A stretch of 64,000 nt of DNA from an uncultured bacterium (lineage in GTDB: Bacteria; JAGOEH01), in the NCBI GenBank assembly GCA_964632485.1, contig CAZWDO010000021.1, positions 1 to 64,000 of the forward strand, written 5' to 3'. A program made the translations under genes and the position numbers. The notes beneath the pieces are model-generated. The model made no database searches. It had not been told where the DNA came from and was given only the letters and a program-made list of their open reading frames with translations. Shown piece by piece: positions 19,201 to 28,883 of the stretch (within the stretch, counting starts at the first letter, position 1; each line of letters opens with the position of its first letter).

Positions 19201-20520
19201 ACCGTTGGAACTGATCCAGAAGACACCCGATTCCAATGTGCACGTGGCGTAATCTTCCTCGCTTTGTTCAATGGGGATGGGAAAATTCGATCCGGGGGTG
19301 GTATATTTCACTTCGACGTAGAAATCATTACCGGAAGCAATGCTGACGGCCGCATCAAGTTCCCAGGTATAGTACCCGGCATAAACGCAGGCTTGAGGGC
19401 TCAAATGCCCCAATTGGCCCGAGAGCGTGGAGCCGTTGAAGCTGTCATATATCCAAGCCTCAATTGTGGCGCCGGCGGACGTGGCCCAGGTGGAAATATA
19501 CGATAGGGAATGATCGGAGGAGGCAATGAATTTGGCCAGTCCGTAGCCGGTGGAACTGCTTAAACCGGTTTTCCAGCCGATCCAGCCCAATTCATCATAT
19601 TTATACTGCGCCCGCTGACTGTTGTAGTCCCAGCGATTGGGATAGATGCAGATCTCCTCGTTGATGCTATTGCAGTTATAGGCCATATAGAAATAGCCGC
19701 TTTCGCCGTAATAAGCGCCAAAACTGTTCTTAACGATCCAGGCGCCGGTTCCGCCGGCTGTGACCTTGTTATCGTCCCAGCCCACGAAGACGATCGAGTG
19801 GTTGGGTTCCGAGCTGCCGCTGTAATAGTAAGTATTGTCATTTTCGTTCATAGAGCGGTCACGCCAGTACATATCGGTATAAATGGCGCCGTAATCCTGT
19901 AGAATGCTTTTCATTACCGAAGCATCCTTAGGCAGATACCAGGCATCGGTGACGACCCCCTGCAAGGTCAGGCCGGATGGACAACTGACACTGGTGTGGT
20001 TATCGCTATAGGGGTCCTGAGCTTCGCTGTAGGGACCCGACCAGCGAGTGAAATAGTTGGCGGCCATATCGAGCAATCCGCCGTCGCAGGGTTCCCACAC
20101 GAATCCGGTATGGCAGGTATTGAGGTTGTCTTCCGAAAGGTCATAAGTCCCCAGCCCCAGAATTTTCCAGCGGGATTCCACAGCCCCTATGCTGGCGAAA
20201 ACCCAGCACGATCCGCAATCACCCTGATCTTTAACAGACGTGACACCCCCGGTGGTTCGCAAATCGAAACTGGCGGGGAATGCTCTCTGTGTTTGAGCGC
20301 TGTTTAGACGAAGCTGAACGTCCTTTTTATATTTGGGCGGAATACGGCCCAGGCGATGCCCGTCGGCGGTCAGGCTTGGCAATCTCCCTTTTTGTTTTTG
20401 TTCCAGCCAACGCAAATAGGCAGGGTTGATTTCAGCATAATCCTGATGTTGCGGCGCTTGCGCCAGTAAAACGCTAATTGCCATTAAAATACAAAGGGGA
20501 AAGTATAAAAGCTGTTTCAT
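16279..20520 (-). CDS. Secreted C1A cysteine peptidase (paralogue B, 1413 aa) with 2 stalk repeats and a C-terminal ~720 aa identical to paralogue A
   Basis: QGDCGSCW, NHSIVFVGW, WIVKNSF; lectin-like domain; same FN3/PKD/CTD tail as paralogue A. Confidence 0.9.
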   Translation of the reverse strand: MKQLLYFPLCILMAISVLLAQAPQHQDYAEINPAYLRWLEQKQKGRLPSLTADGHRLGRIPPKYKKDVQLRLNSAQTQRAFPASFDLRTTGGVTSVKDQGDCGSCWVFASIGAVESRWKILGLGTYDLSEDNLNTCHTGFVWEPCDGGLLDMAANYFTRWSGPYSEAQDPYSDNHTSVSCPSGLTLQGVVTDAWYLPKDASVMKSILQDYGAIYTDMYWRDRSMNENDNTYYYSGSSEPNHSIVFVGWDDNKVTAGGTGAWIVKNSFGAYYGESGYFYMAYNCNSINEEICIYPNRWDYNSQRAQYKYDELGWIGWKTGLSSSTGYGLAKFIASSDHSLSYISTWATSAGATIEAWIYDSFNGSTLSGQLGHLSPQACVYAGYYTWELDAAVSIASGNDFYVEVKYTTPGSNFPIPIEQSEEDYATCTLESGVFWISSNGSSWSARNDSDPCIRVIAGPSTPTQSTPTVTTEAVSGIGQTSATGNGAVTNLGSSNPTAHGFCWNSSGAPTTFSSSIDLGAKTSTGSFSGALSGLTANTPYYVRAYATNSVGTAYGSQVTFTTSAQTYTISGTARVGSTGLSGVSVALSGDAASSVTTTSSGVYSFTVTGGGNYTVTPTKTGYTFSPTNYSYTDLSASQSGQNFSATLNSYTISGTVRVGSTGLSGVSVALSGDAASSVTTTSSGVYSFTVTGGGNYTVQPQKQFYSFTPSNAVFNSLAANQSQNFSAAAVLPGAPVLTSPADESVERPLDPWLSWQTELNSETYTLEVATDNAFSHLVASQSNLATMIVQISGLDYYTIYYWRVKGVNPHGAGSWSDIWSFRTLMPDLAAQIVLPTQNVTIEEGESVYFQGSEPTVNTPVVYHWDFGDGRSASVMTPGDVAFNTAGIYTVTYWYATTDGLHESNRATRQVTVEEPSVTIPLIFTVPPYHEIVKKKAWIKWQTNLPSEAEFRLGVSKLSLEPQTLPEGPKTSHFAALTRLQSNQWYYYQVLAFTDEEELESAIDSFLIRAETEDSQPPYVIRLLIFKYKTKAYLYFSYNEPSVATLFYWINPQSVTQSLAQNDYAKSHWFQLSNLQPNTTYYFELSMMDMSGNTGWFPPRNALAKAADDSPDSSFSTTDDDDSQLPAFTAWQVFLHHNGQLGMSWQTDEPCTYKLELSQSGNLIGAFSDTAEYEIERTFVATGLENGATYRVSLLITDPEGNETQYEADVQIEASTPQAPQCNFIGYEVMNDNLLVHWTSDQPATSELRWGRSTAALDQALAQNELTTDHWMALNDVALDQDVYFQVRACQPTNDICADWSSVEHYTAVDVAEGGTIPHLKSRMMDYHYGYPNPFNSRLSVVYRLKTAGKARVEIFNSLGQILSVLDDQYRAAGEYRLTWNGHDATGRAMPTGIYFYRILCGNEIFVRKISLVK
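18428..18822. repeat. Intragenic ~146-bp near-exact repeat at 249-bp period (18428-18573 vs 18677-18822)
   Basis: One mismatch seen; encodes the first halves of the two stalk repeats of paralogue B. Confidence 0.85.
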
Positions 20521-20808
20521 GGAGCGCTCCTCAGGGTCGATCGGACAGGCACCGTTTGATAGGTTGTACGTTATTCAATATCGGAAAAATCACGTTGAAT
20601 TTTTCAGTTTTCGGGCGAATGCCCGCGCTAAAGCAGAATCCGGGGTTTACGCCAGTCAAGGCTACTGCGAAAAATATATTACTGCTTATTGACAAAAGTT
20701 CGCATTTAAATACTTAAATATAATAAGCAAAAAAAATTGTTTGTCAATTGTTTTTTTATAAAAAACTATAGTAAGCGTGGAGAGTGATTTCCCCAAAAGG
20801 GATATTGA

Positions 20809-21552
20809 TCAGCGCAGAACGGATTTGGTAAAAAAATAGGGCGGAATCACCGGATTGAAGCGGATTGAATCGATGATGAATTCGGTGCCGCCGCTTTTTT
20901 TAAGCAGATCGCGGAACAGCATGCGATGGGGAAACCAGCGGTTATCGACATATCGGACATCATTCAGCTCAATTTCCTTGATCAATCGGCCGCTTTTACT
21001 ATAAAGCTCTTCACGCAGAGGCGTCCACCGTTCGCAATCGACCCATAGTTTGCGTTGCTGGTAAGTCAACCCATCGCGAGCGGCATCGAGCCGCAGCACC
21101 CAGCAAGACCTTCCGGCCAACGTATCAATGGCCGTTACTTCAGCCGTATAGGAATCTGCCAGACGGTTATCTTCCAACATATCTTCATAGGAGAGATCGG
21201 AACCCATGACCGATTGGCGCAGAAGATGGCCGGCGATCTGGATCACGCGATTGGCATCGGGCATATAGGTCCACAACTGGGTATGCAGTTTAAGCATTTT
21301 AACGCCTTTTTCGCGGGGCGGCGCCAGATATTCAGTATAAGCCTGGTCCTCGCCGCGGATATAGGATCGGAATTCAACCGCGCGGTTCCCGCGGGCAGTC
21401 ACAATAAGCATTCGGGCGCGCATAATGCGGGTTTCGGCCGCCAGATTACGATCAACGGCCGCTAAAATTTCCGTTCCTTCCGGCCAGGGAATTTCTTCTG
21501 CTTTAAAAGGACCTGCCAGAACCAACCAAAGAAAGAGAATATAGTATATCAT
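20809..21552 (-). CDS. LolA-like outer membrane lipoprotein-sorting protein
   Basis: Signal peptide; EKGVKMLK...LWTY.P..RVIQI.GHLLRQSVMGSDLSYED family motif. Confidence 0.8.
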   Translation of the reverse strand: MIYYILFLWLVLAGPFKAEEIPWPEGTEILAAVDRNLAAETRIMRARMLIVTARGNRAVEFRSYIRGEDQAYTEYLAPPREKGVKMLKLHTQLWTYMPDANRVIQIAGHLLRQSVMGSDLSYEDMLEDNRLADSYTAEVTAIDTLAGRSCWVLRLDAARDGLTYQQRKLWVDCERWTPLREELYSKSGRLIKEIELNDVRYVDNRWFPHRMLFRDLLKKSGGTEFIIDSIRFNPVIPPYFFTKSVLR

Positions 21553-22823
21553 GTTTCCAACTCCCTGAAAAGTTGAGCGGTTTGACGTCGATAAACCGCA
21601 ATACCCGCTAACCCCCGTCCTAAAAGGAGAGCCAGGGTCCCGGGCACAAAACCCATGACGACGGCAACCAGGGTTAAGCGAGCGCGATAGACTGATGGAA
21701 CAAAGAGTCCTACGTTTTTCATCATGGCTGAAGTATCGATACCCACTTCCTGCAGATAAAAAGCGGCAGCCGCGCCAAGCAGAGTTCCGATCAGTGAACC
21801 CGCCAGCGCAATCAGCAGCGATTCCAGCATCAAACTAAAAAAAACAGCGGATTTGCTCTCCCCGATAGCCAGCCGCAACCCGAATTCATTATAGCGCCGA
21901 ATGCCGCTCAAAAGGCCGGAATTCCATAATACCAAACTCATGGTAAAAACGAAGACCAGGACAATCAGAAAGCGCATCGTGTCCACATATTCGATCATCA
22001 TTGCCAGATCATTCTGATCTTCGAGGGCCATCATGCGGGGACTCAGTTCATTTTTTTCATTTATAACATCGGCATTGAACTGATCGCGCACGGCGCTGGC
22101 TGATTGGCGCTGATAGCGGCCGTTGCGCTGGAACCCCAGGATTTCAGTGGCGCTGCCGGGAAGATCCAGAATATATTCGGCAGCCGCAAGATCAATCATC
22201 ATAGCGCCCCGATCCATGGCCTGGACACCAAAATTCAGAGTTCCGGCGATAACCAGATTGACCATCGACATATTGCCGTAGACAGTGGATGAGAGGAGGC
22301 TGATCGTATCGCCCGGAGCGACGGCCAGACTTTTAGCCAGTTGGGCGCTGAGCAGAACCTCAAAACGAGAACGCGGCATGGCCCCGGCGACCATAGCCCG
22401 AAGTAATTCCAAACGTTCGATCTCTCCGCCGGACCCGTTTTGAAAACCAATCGCCCATATCTGCGTTGGAGCCTGTAAACGCGTCTCACCGGCGGTGTCG
22501 GCCACATCCACCATCCCGCCAAAACGACAGCGCCGAATCCATTGATATTGTGGAAAACGTTCATTTAAACGCACAATCCACTCATCGGCCCGGTCCAGCG
22601 CCAACTCAACCGGCATTTGACTGAGCTGTTGCGCGTATCCCATGGTCATCAGACGCAAATGACCCGTATTGAATCGGGCGTTGGTATCAATCATTTCTTC
22701 GGAAACGCCGCTGATCCAGGCGAAAACCAGCACGGTCAGCAGACTTCCCACCGCAACGGTTATCAGAGGGAAACGGGACCGGTGGCGATCGCGACTCAAC
22801 CCTTTCAATAAAAAAATAATCAT
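21549..22823 (-). CDS. ABC transporter permease, FtsX/MacB/LolE family
   Basis: Four-TM FtsX pattern; RRYNEFGLRLAIGE. Start moved to ATG 22823, which overlaps the upstream TGA (ATGA). Confidence 0.82.
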   Translation of the reverse strand: MIIFLLKGLSRDRHRSRFPLITVAVGSLLTVLVFAWISGVSEEMIDTNARFNTGHLRLMTMGYAQQLSQMPVELALDRADEWIVRLNERFPQYQWIRRCRFGGMVDVADTAGETRLQAPTQIWAIGFQNGSGGEIERLELLRAMVAGAMPRSRFEVLLSAQLAKSLAVAPGDTISLLSSTVYGNMSMVNLVIAGTLNFGVQAMDRGAMMIDLAAAEYILDLPGSATEILGFQRNGRYQRQSASAVRDQFNADVINEKNELSPRMMALEDQNDLAMMIEYVDTMRFLIVLVFVFTMSLVLWNSGLLSGIRRYNEFGLRLAIGESKSAVFFSLMLESLLIALAGSLIGTLLGAAAAFYLQEVGIDTSAMMKNVGLFVPSVYRARLTLVAVVMGFVPGTLALLLGRGLAGIAVYRRQTAQLFRELET

Positions 22824-23995
22824 ATCAGTTTCCCCCTCAAAGCCTGCACTGCGGAAGCGGCGGCAATACGCCTCGCCGGCCAATAACTTACCAATGTAGT
22901 CGCCGCAAAAATCAGCCCCAACGTAGAGAGAAGCAAAATCGGGTCATAAACGGGATAAAGTCGCTCGGCAATTGCGATCCCGAACTGATCGGTACCCTGT
23001 GGAACAGGAATGCCGATGCGGGCCTGCCAAACCAACAGAGGGCCGCCAATCACACTCGCTATTACTACTGACAACGCAGCGATCATTACACCTTCAATCG
23101 TAAAAAGTAAAATTATTTGCATACGGGTCATACCTAACGCAATTTGCATGCCAATCTCTTTATGGCGGCGAAAGACCGCCAATACCTGAGTATCGAACAG
23201 GGTTACCATACTCAGCCCCATCAGCATCAGATAAAAAAACATCCCCCCGATACTTTTAGCCTGGACCGTGGCTACCAGATCGGACATCAGAGAACGAGGA
23301 GACTGGAAGCGCCATTCCCGGATCGTTTGCGGGAGTTGTTCCGCCCTCGCGCTTGAGATACAGGCCAAAGTCGCCTCAGCGCCCGTCAGGCCCATAATAG
23401 CTCGCAGAATATCGATATCGAGCCAGATTTGTCCTAAATCGATACCTGGCACAGAGCTGTTGAAAATAGTATCGATACGGAATTCACGGGCATCTACCAC
23501 GCCATTGGCGGTTTGCCATCGCGCCATCATACGGTCGCCTGTTTTCAAAAGAAGCTCTTGAGCCAACCGTCTCCCCATGGAAACCGGTATTACCTCTGAA
23601 GAAGCAGTTGCTACCGGCACGGGAATACTTAGAAGATGCTGACTGTGGGGGATGCCTTTGAAGAGTAGCAACCGCATACGTCCATGCGGATAAACCACTC
23701 CCCGGATAATTAATTCAGGCGCTATATCTTCTCCGGCAGCCAGTTCTGAGGGCAATTCGCCATAACTTTCCGCTATGGCAACGGGATCAAAAGGATCATA
23801 ATCAGGATGCCAATATTGACCGCCGGCTACCGACCATGCGCGGGTATCGCGTTGAGCCTGTCGGTACCAGCCATCGAGCATCCCTTTTTGCCAGACTATC
23901 GCCAGTAAGGTGATAGCCAGAATCAGAGCATTGAGCCAGGAGCGCAAACCAGCGCCGATTACATTGCGCCATGCCAATCGTATAAGTATCATCAT
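22820..23995 (-). CDS. ABC transporter permease, FtsX/MacB/LolC family
   Basis: LAWRNV N-terminus; RRHKEIGMQIALGM; C-terminal PARRIA...ALR. Confidence 0.85.
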   Translation of the reverse strand: MMILIRLAWRNVIGAGLRSWLNALILAITLLAIVWQKGMLDGWYRQAQRDTRAWSVAGGQYWHPDYDPFDPVAIAESYGELPSELAAGEDIAPELIIRGVVYPHGRMRLLLFKGIPHSQHLLSIPVPVATASSEVIPVSMGRRLAQELLLKTGDRMMARWQTANGVVDAREFRIDTIFNSSVPGIDLGQIWLDIDILRAIMGLTGAEATLACISSARAEQLPQTIREWRFQSPRSLMSDLVATVQAKSIGGMFFYLMLMGLSMVTLFDTQVLAVFRRHKEIGMQIALGMTRMQIILLFTIEGVMIAALSVVIASVIGGPLLVWQARIGIPVPQGTDQFGIAIAERLYPVYDPILLLSTLGLIFAATTLVSYWPARRIAAASAVQALRGKLI

Positions 23996-24702
23996 AAGCG
24001 CCCTTCCGGATTCTGGAGAGTGGTCTCTGAAATCCGCCCATCCCGAAGTTGAATGCAGCGCCGCAAATAGCCAATCACTTTTTCATCATGCGTGGCAAAC
24101 ACAAAAGTGGTTTTCAAATCGCGATTGAGCTGAAGCATCGTCTGCAAAATGTGATGGGAATTCTCCGCATCCAGATTAGCGGTCGGTTCATCGGCCAGAA
24201 CCAGAGATGGATTCTTTACCATAGCCCGGGCAATTGCCACGCGTTGGCATTCACCCCCCGAGAGTTGCGCCGGACGGGATCGGGTTTTGTCGCTCAGTCC
24301 CAGCCAGGCAAGGGCCGATTCCACCTGATGTCGCCGTTTTATACGGGGAATTTTCAATAATAGTAACGGAAATTCAATATTCTCATAAACTGTATAATAG
24401 GGCATCAATTGATAACTCTGAAACACGAATCCCAGGCTTTGTTTACGCAATAGCGCCGATTGAGAATTATTCAGGGTATGCACCGGCATCCCGTTCAACC
24501 GCACCGTTCCCAGGGTCGGTTTATCGAGAGTTCCGATCAGATTCAATAACGTGGTTTTCCCGGACCCGCTGGGGCCGATAAACCCGCAGAACTCGCCTTC
24601 GGCGATGGCGAGATCGATATCGTTCAATGCAGTAAATTCTCCGTTACCCACCGGGAAACGCTTCGTGACCCCATTGAGTTCCACTAATATTTTTTCCGCC
24701 AT
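23992..24702 (-). CDS. ABC transporter ATP-binding protein, LolD/MacB-like
   Basis: [37 protein letters not shown]. Confidence 0.92.
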   Translation of the reverse strand: MAEKILVELNGVTKRFPVGNGEFTALNDIDLAIAEGEFCGFIGPSGSGKTTLLNLIGTLDKPTLGTVRLNGMPVHTLNNSQSALLRKQSLGFVFQSYQLMPYYTVYENIEFPLLLLKIPRIKRRHQVESALAWLGLSDKTRSRPAQLSGGECQRVAIARAMVKNPSLVLADEPTANLDAENSHHILQTMLQLNRDLKTTFVFATHDEKVIGYLRRCIQLRDGRISETTLQNPEGRL

Positions 24703-24717
24703 ATTCAAACTCCCTGT

Positions 24718-25845
24718 TTAATAATTGTAGCTAAACATAAACTGAAAGGCCCAGCCGGTATGCTGGAAAAGACCAGATTGTCCATGAAACACGTCAGAAG
24801 AGTGGGGATTTCGAATGAGTATCGTACTAAAGCGCCACCGATCGTACAGGCGCTCCCAATCGATACTGTAAGAGCATTGTCCGGTACGACGTTCGATCCA
24901 TACTACAGCCCGCGCCCGGTCCAGCAAATTGAGCGGATAATCAGCCATTAAAGCGCCCAGCAGGTTTCCGGTTCCGCGGCGCCAAAAAGACACGCTGTTT
25001 TTCAGCAGCATCATCTCCCCGGTAAGGCGCAAACCCTCTCCCCAGGCAAAAGTATAGTCCAGTCCAAAAGTGGCCGCTGAATACCATTGCCGGGCAGTGA
25101 GGCCGGTTTGGGATTGATAAGCGGCCATTGCTTCGATCCACCAGCCCAGAATCCAATCCCATTTAGCGTCAATAGCCCCACGATACTCATCAAGCAGAAA
25201 ATGGGTGGATTCCTCAACGGTTTCAACACGACGTTTATGCCAGGTAAGAGCCCATTCACCTGATTTCCAGGGGATTTGCGCCCGCCCTCCCCATTCGGGC
25301 CCGCGATTGAAAGCAGGCGCCACGCTTCCTGCAAGATGCGATGTATCGCCGGCCATCAGCCACCCACGAAGATTGACATTATTTAAGAACACATAGCGAC
25401 CAACCAGCGCCCATACACCGGAGGTCAACTGCAGCGGATCACGAATATCCAGATTATCAAACCAGCGCAAGGGTCGCAACAAGACAGCAGAGCCGAAATT
25501 CAATTTTTGCTGTCCCAGATGAATATCCCACTGGGAACCTAAAAGAGCGGCCTCACAGCGAAACAGACGGCTTTTGCCCTGCCAGACCGAGCGGGAACCC
25601 CGGCTAAAAAGAGCCTGGCCCCAGCTTTCCCAGGAGCCGTCAAAACGAAAAGATAATTCCGAAACAGTACCGAGATCACTTATTATCCATAAACGCGGAA
25701 GATAGCGCCCACCCACAGCGAAACAGGAAGGATTCGCCTCCACAGCCGCTGTCCAGCCCGAAATTAAGCCGTTTAACCCCCATCGAGCCTCTACCGTCAT
25801 TGATATAAAAACTAACAGAATAGAAACCCAACGCAAAAAAATCAT
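24718..25845 (-). CDS. Hypothetical exported protein, possible outer-membrane beta-barrel
   Basis: Signal peptide, Trp/Gly-rich amphipathic strands, C-terminal FSYNY. First gene of the ABC operon. Confidence 0.6.
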   Translation of the reverse strand: MIFLRWVSILLVFISMTVEARWGLNGLISGWTAAVEANPSCFAVGGRYLPRLWIISDLGTVSELSFRFDGSWESWGQALFSRGSRSVWQGKSRLFRCEAALLGSQWDIHLGQQKLNFGSAVLLRPLRWFDNLDIRDPLQLTSGVWALVGRYVFLNNVNLRGWLMAGDTSHLAGSVAPAFNRGPEWGGRAQIPWKSGEWALTWHKRRVETVEESTHFLLDEYRGAIDAKWDWILGWWIEAMAAYQSQTGLTARQWYSAATFGLDYTFAWGEGLRLTGEMMLLKNSVSFWRRGTGNLLGALMADYPLNLLDRARAVVWIERRTGQCSYSIDWERLYDRWRFSTILIRNPHSSDVFHGQSGLFQHTGWAFQFMFSYNY

Positions 25846-25968
25846 TGCGCTTCCTTCCGGATCAATTGTTAACCTGTTTCAGGCCTGCGATGCCGAAACA
25901 GTCCGTTAATCGATCGCAATTGCCAGGGAGATGACAGACATAAAGGCGGTTTTACGGGCGGATAAAAT

Positions 25969-26538
25969 TTAATTAAAAACGCGCCGCCAGATCACACTAT
26001 CCGAGGTTATAAACTGCAGCATCCCGTGAGTCCGGTCGTAACTCCATTCCCGCAGGATTCCCCAGGATGACTGGCTCGACGCGATTGCCCGAAACACCTG
26101 GGTAAAGGTTTGGCTGCCAAGGGTCAGCGTATCGGTCATTTGACTCTGCATGCTGTAACCTTTAAGTCCCAGCCAATAGAGTTCGGCATACAACCCGCTT
26201 TCGTCGCGATCGAGTATCAATTCGCTGCCGGCCTGGCAGGAAGGGCAATTATCAGGAAGTTCGGCGAACCCGATCGTAGCGCGCGTGAGATAATGCGCTT
26301 TACAACCCGAGCGAAACTTATCCGGTTGCGCCAGAGTATCTAGTTCGATCGATTTGACGTAGAGTTCGCGCGCTAATCCCTGAATCGTAGTAAAACGCAA
26401 GGTATCGCCTTCTTCGTAAATCAACCATTCGCGATCCTGGGCCGTCAAATCATGAACTACCTTTTCCTCTCCGCTTAAACAGCAACCTGCTACCCATATT
26501 ATCGAACATCCTAAGAAAAATAGTGTAAAATTTTTCAT
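25969..26538 (-). CDS. Hypothetical lipoprotein
   Basis: Signal peptide with lipobox-like VAGC; 189 aa. Confidence 0.6.
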   Translation of the reverse strand: MKNFTLFFLGCSIIWVAGCCLSGEEKVVHDLTAQDREWLIYEEGDTLRFTTIQGLARELYVKSIELDTLAQPDKFRSGCKAHYLTRATIGFAELPDNCPSCQAGSELILDRDESGLYAELYWLGLKGYSMQSQMTDTLTLGSQTFTQVFRAIASSQSSWGILREWSYDRTHGMLQFITSDSVIWRRVFN

Positions 26539-26828
26539 ACTGATTGACCTTTTTTGCTGGGTTAATTTTTTTCAACTACGACAGGGTTTCTGGTATTGGG
26601 AGGTTGATAACCCCGCCACAAAAAATTAGCATTCACCGACGCTAACTGGAAACCGTGGATGAGGAATTTGCCAGAAAACAGTGAAATATTCAGTTTCCGC
26701 GCAGATTCCGCTCCAAAACGGTAGCTATTCTTATCTCAATATAATACGCCGGGGAATCGTTGTCAAGGATAAACTAAAAACGGTATTTAATCAAAAATCG
26801 ACAAAACCGGTCTTATTATTTTTTTTAC

Positions 26829-26857
26829 TTGACAAATCCTTTTTTTTTTATCATACT
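26829..26857 (+). promoter_or_regulatory. sigma70-type promoter of the thioredoxin-DGC unit
   Basis: TTGACA-17 bp-CATACT. Confidence 0.5.
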
Positions 26858-26914
26858 ATAAAACAGAAAAAAGGCTATGAATCATCGAGCCCAACTCAAC
26901 ACAAGGAGTAAAAA

Positions 26915-27235
26915 ATGGCAAATCTGTTTAAAATTACTGACGAGAACTGGTCTGAAGTTTTGGCGGACCATCCATTGATGGTCATTGATTTCAGCGCTAC
27001 CTGGTGCGGACCGTGCAAGAAACTGACGCCGATATATGAAGAGATCGCGCATGAAATGGCCGCCAAAGCTTTTTTCGCTTCCTGCGATATCGATGACGCC
27101 CAGGACCTGGCGATGCAGTATGGAATTATGAGTGTTCCGACAATTGCGATTTTTAAAAATGGAAAACCGGTAGAGATGATCGTCGGACTCCAGCCCAAAG
27201 AACGGTTAATTGAAAAAATTTCCCAACATGTATAA
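26915..27235 (+). CDS. trxA: Thioredoxin
   Basis: WCGPC active site; 106 aa; SD AAGGAG. Confidence 0.95.
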   Translation: MANLFKITDENWSEVLADHPLMVIDFSATWCGPCKKLTPIYEEIAHEMAAKAFFASCDIDDAQDLAMQYGIMSVPTIAIFKNGKPVEMIVGLQPKERLIEKISQHV

Positions 27236-27256
27236 TATTGAGTTAGAATCACAATT

Positions 27257-28882
27257 ATGAATGATTCGAATTATTTCATTGAAATTCTCGCCAAAGAATT
27301 TTTTACTATAATCCGGGAGATCACCCAGCACCGACAAGCTGTATCCGTAGAGAATTTTAAAATAATGCTTCGTCAAAACACAGGAATCAGCTTGATGATT
27401 CGTGATTACATTCTCAAACCGGGCCGTGAAAACTCCAACAGTCTCAATCAGTTGCAGGCCCGTTTCGATGAAATGGAGCGTGATCGGCGGTTTTTAGAGC
27501 AGCAGCTCAAAGAGAATCAGGGGCTCCTTTCAGGCCGTGACCGACTGATCCGGACTTTTGTCGGTACATTGGCCAATCTGGAAGGATTAAAGGGGTATAA
27601 TTGGTATGATGAGCTGGTGAAATGCAAACAAAGTTGCGCAGGTGAAGGGACATTTTCTTTATCTCAGGTGGAATCGCTGCTGAAAGTTATGAAGAATGAG
27701 TTATTCCGCAAATCATTAACCGTTGAGGATGAAAAAGAGAGCGAACAGCGATCCCAACGGAAAGATGATTATGCCAAAGAACAGCAGATATTCAATGTCG
27801 GCCAGACCCGGGAGATCCTTTATCAAAAGATACAGCATCTCATTGCCGAAATCAACTTACCCAATTATGACCGGATCAACCAAAAAAGTGAAAAATTCCT
27901 GCAGGATTTTTTAACGAATTTCAGCCTGGAACGCTTGGACACCTATTTAGAAAAGGTAGTGGAATTGTTGCAGGAGTTGAAATTTGAGTATCAAATCAAG
28001 CGCGCGGAGATCGACGCCTTTTTGCATGAGTTGATCCGCAAGCTTTTGGAGACCGAACAGGAGTTTATTCTTCATTTTGAATCGGCCCAGGATCGGCAAA
28101 AGGACAACAATCGAGCGTTCGAATCATTTCTAACCGATCAGTTGAACGATTTGGGCAAAACCTTTGAATCGATCAGCGAGGGGGATGAATGGGGAAGACT
28201 CAAACAGGATATTCTGGGTTCGCTTGACGGGATTCGTGTCAAAATCGAAGAAAAAAGCAAGGAAGAGGAATCCGAGTTTCTGACCATGCAACAGCAACTT
28301 GACCAGGTGAAAGAAAAATTGAACGATACTCAAAACGAACTGGAAGAACTGAAAAAGCGCTCTGAGCTGATCGAAAAGGAGATTTTGCTGGATGGGCTGA
28401 CAGGCGTTTTCAATCGCCGGGCCTTTGATCAAAAGATTAAAGAAATGGTACTGCTTTATCAGCGCTATCAGGAGTCTTTCAGTTTAATAATGCTGGATGT
28501 AGATTATTTCAAACGGATCAATGACAAATATGGCCATCGGGTGGGAGACAATGCTTTGATGCGGATAGTGAAAAATATTCGCGAGATTATTCGGGAAGTC
28601 GATTTTCTGGGCCGTTACGGCGGCGAAGAATTCGTCTTGCTTCTACCCCACATCGATGGGGACCAGGCATTGATCGTAGCGGAAAAAATCCGACTGGCAA
28701 TTGAAAAAATCACCTTCACCTACAAACGCAACGAATTAATTAAAATTACCCTGAGCGCGGGAGTTGCCGTTATTTGCCTGAAAGACACGGAAGATAGCCT
28801 TATTCAGCGCGCAGATAAGGCACTATACTTAGCTAAAAATTCTGGCCGCAATCTGGTTCGTTCAGAAAACGACCTGAAATAG
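27257..28882 (+). CDS. Diguanylate cyclase with long coiled-coil N-terminus
   Basis: DGLTGVFNRR, DVDYFKRINDKYGH, I-site REVD, GRYGGEEF, ADKALY.AK..GRN. Confidence 0.92.
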   Translation: MNDSNYFIEILAKEFFTIIREITQHRQAVSVENFKIMLRQNTGISLMIRDYILKPGRENSNSLNQLQARFDEMERDRRFLEQQLKENQGLLSGRDRLIRTFVGTLANLEGLKGYNWYDELVKCKQSCAGEGTFSLSQVESLLKVMKNELFRKSLTVEDEKESEQRSQRKDDYAKEQQIFNVGQTREILYQKIQHLIAEINLPNYDRINQKSEKFLQDFLTNFSLERLDTYLEKVVELLQELKFEYQIKRAEIDAFLHELIRKLLETEQEFILHFESAQDRQKDNNRAFESFLTDQLNDLGKTFESISEGDEWGRLKQDILGSLDGIRVKIEEKSKEEESEFLTMQQQLDQVKEKLNDTQNELEELKKRSELIEKEILLDGLTGVFNRRAFDQKIKEMVLLYQRYQESFSLIMLDVDYFKRINDKYGHRVGDNALMRIVKNIREIIREVDFLGRYGGEEFVLLLPHIDGDQALIVAEKIRLAIEKITFTYKRNELIKITLSAGVAVICLKDTEDSLIQRADKALYLAKNSGRNLVRSENDLK

Positions 28883-28883
28883 C

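Noticed and set aside
1-20520. Transposon or integrative element as the cause of the duplication
   Set aside because: No transposase, integrase, terminal inverted repeats or target-site duplication is visible, and the junction lies within coding repeats.
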